Below, one piece after another: positions 61,638 to 64,000 of a stretch of 64,000 bases of DNA. Where the stretch lies: positions 20,765,233 to 20,829,232 of the forward strand of contig JAHRHZ010000080.1 of the NCBI GenBank assembly GCA_024137785.1, given 5' to 3'. Each line of letters begins with the position of its first letter. Position 1 is the stretch's first letter. The position numbers and the translations under genes were made by a program. This DNA comes from Ginglymostoma cirratum (taxonomy: Eukaryota). The notes beneath the pieces were generated by a model that saw only the letters and a program-made list of their open reading frames with translations, had not been told where the DNA came from and did not search any database.

Positions 61638-64000
61638 GATTTGATTTTGGAAGTGATTTCTTTTTCTAGAAGACCTTGATCATCGCAGATTTTTTTCTCC
61701 ACACCTCAGACAGGTTTCTCCCTCTGTTGTCATTGCTGTTCTCACTGGTCAGATTTTCCAGATGCTTACCCAAATGGCCACCATTGATGGATGATGCAAG
61801 ATAGTGAGAATCAGGATATTCCACCATAGCAGCAGCACAGCAAAGGCCAACCTTATCACAGGAACAGAATTATACACTACTGTAGGCCACTCAGCCCATT
61901 GTTCCTGTAACAACTATTTGCCACACCAGCATACTCTTCACTTGTGGCTTTGTAACTTTGCTTCCCTTCAAGTCCTTATCCAATTCCCTTTTGAAAATGA
62001 GTACATCAGAAAAAGGATGTACTCCTCAAGCCTGCTCCACCATCCAATGGTCATGGCTGATCTTTTGCATCAGCACTTTCCTGTCCTGCCTCATAACCCA
62101 ATAATTTCCTTAGTGCCCAAAACTTCAACTTGGTTTTGAAAATACTCAGTGCCTGAGCATCCACTGCCCTCTGGCCTAAATGGTTCAAAACATTCATAGT
62201 CTAGTAAACAGATTTCTCAACTCAGTCGTAAATGGTCGATCCCTTATTCTTAGGAAATGTTCTCTCTTTTTCAGAGCACCAGACAGGGAAACAGTTATTG
62301 TTAAACATGCTTCCACTTCCATTTCAGGCAGTGCCATCCAGATTGTAACAACTTGATTGCAAAAATGATTTTCTCCAAACCTATTGAAGCCTCCACTCCG
62401 TGCAAATGCACTATGTTAAAAATAATTCATGCTGTCTCTCAAACATCTCGTTGCTACTCCTTTGAGCACTTGAAAATTTCTCATTGTCCTCAGCAAACAC
62501 CAGCATTCCTACATAGGAACTTGAGCAAGAAACCTAACTGATTTGCTCTCTCCCAACAATCCAGTCAACCTTAGAGATCCCTCATAATTTAATGGATGCC
62601 AGGAATGGGGAATTTCCTGGGTCAGTAGCGGTGTACATTGGGGAGAAAATTGCAATGAAATAGGCGTACAACAGATTTCCTTACACCTTTTGGACTCAGA
62701 ACAATACTACCGTTCCTTCATTACCATTGGGTCAAAATCCTGGAGCACTGAGTGCATGCTTGCATTACACAGACTGTCGGAATTCAAGTAGAGAGGCTCA
62801 TCTCAATCTTGTCAAGGGGAAGTAGGGATGGCCAGCTTTGACAGAGATACACTAACCTTTGAATGAATCCAAAACAAAATTCTCACAAAAATGGCAGTTT
62901 ATCAACTTGTTTTTCTGAATTTCCCCATTCTCAAAAAGGTATGGTGACACAATGAATTCTTCCCCCAATGTTGTTTTGTGTGTGCATCTCTGTCCGTGGA
63001 TGGGTGTGTGGCAGTGCTTGGGATTTCAACGCTAACAAAATAAGTTTCTTCATTTTTAAAAAGGGTTGGGTAAGTCTTTCAATTAATAATAGTATGAACA
63101 GAGACCAAAAATAATGGGTTGAAGATGCAGCTAGACTGTCAGAAAAATTATCCCGATGATAGAGGAAGTATCTGAGTACAGGAAGGGGGAGATGCAAAGC
63201 CATTCAGGAGTAATAAAACAAAGTGCTGGAGGAAATATTCATAGGTCAGGCATCAATGGACAGGAGCTAGTGATCGGGGAGAATAGATTCCTTTGAGAGT
63301 CTTTCCAAACTAGATTTACAAAAAAGCCAAACACCGTTCCAATTGGCATTTGCTGTATTGCTATAAAACACCACCAGCTATACAGTGTAACTATTTATGG
63401 GCAGAGGTCTGTAGCAGTCAAGTGCTGCGGGGAATAAGCAGTACCCTCCCAATATAAATGCTGGTATTTAATGAGTTAAGAGCTCTATCAGAACCTCTAA
63501 TCAAGGATATCACCACACTAGGTTCTCTGCTCATTGATATGCAGTGAACATGGAGGTAAGTCTGAGAGAGATGGATGAAAATTTTAGCCAATACATCAAT
63601 GCTGACATAGAGCTGTCAGGTATGGTACAAATCAATACAATGTTGACATTTTGTTTTTTTTAAGCTTGCGTGGGAACCTGCGTTCAGGCATTGAGTTGAT
63701 TTAACTACTGTCCACATTGCCCAATCAATCACTAAGGGATTTTTAAGAACAAGGGGCTGGCAATCAGCTCAATGCTGAGAAATATTTCAGGCAGGAACCA
63801 TAAATATTAATCTGGCACTACACTGGCTCTTGGTTTGCTTACTGCAAACATATTAAAAATGGATATTCATTTTCTAGGTGACAATTACAAAAGCATAAAG
63901 CAGTCTGCAGGAAGAATTAGGTTATACCTGCTGAATATTCACCAATAAATGCAATATTAACAAACTAGACTTATACTTGCTTCAATTTTTCATTCTTTTG

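Noticed and set aside
62900-64000. Repeat-poor AT-rich end of the window as a possible UTR of a neighbouring gene
   Set aside because: No coding exon or splice structure is visible to support it.

Overview
Vertebrate genomic DNA, not prokaryotic. The repeat families (HE1-type V-SINE, DeuSINE, CR1, Penelope-derived elements, a ~70-bp minisatellite) point to a shark or other elasmobranch. Three spliced protein-coding genes were reconstructed by hand on the minus strand, all with GT-AG introns and consistent phases: RCCD1 (8 coding exons, 435-13024, 398 aa), UNC45A (20 coding exons, 15483-38735, 934 aa) and a divergent SHISAL1/KIAA1644-like membrane protein (3 coding exons, 47673-50913, 150 aa, plus a probable 5' non-coding exon near 54578). 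Almost all other ORF-track entries are spurious or repeat-derived. Main points of interest: (i) about 20 short Penelope-derived elements with hammerhead-ribozyme-like cores (CTGANGA..GAAA), many as TSD-flanked fold-back units; (ii) the SHISAL1-like gene sits where human has HDDC3 and may be a paralog absent from mammals; (iii) a 45-bp-stem hairpin in UNC45A intron 17; (iv) an 18/54-bp higher-order minisatellite in frame behind the SHISAL1-like stop codon. There is a 400-N assembly gap at 60168-60567. No database searches or folding programs were run; homologies are from recall.
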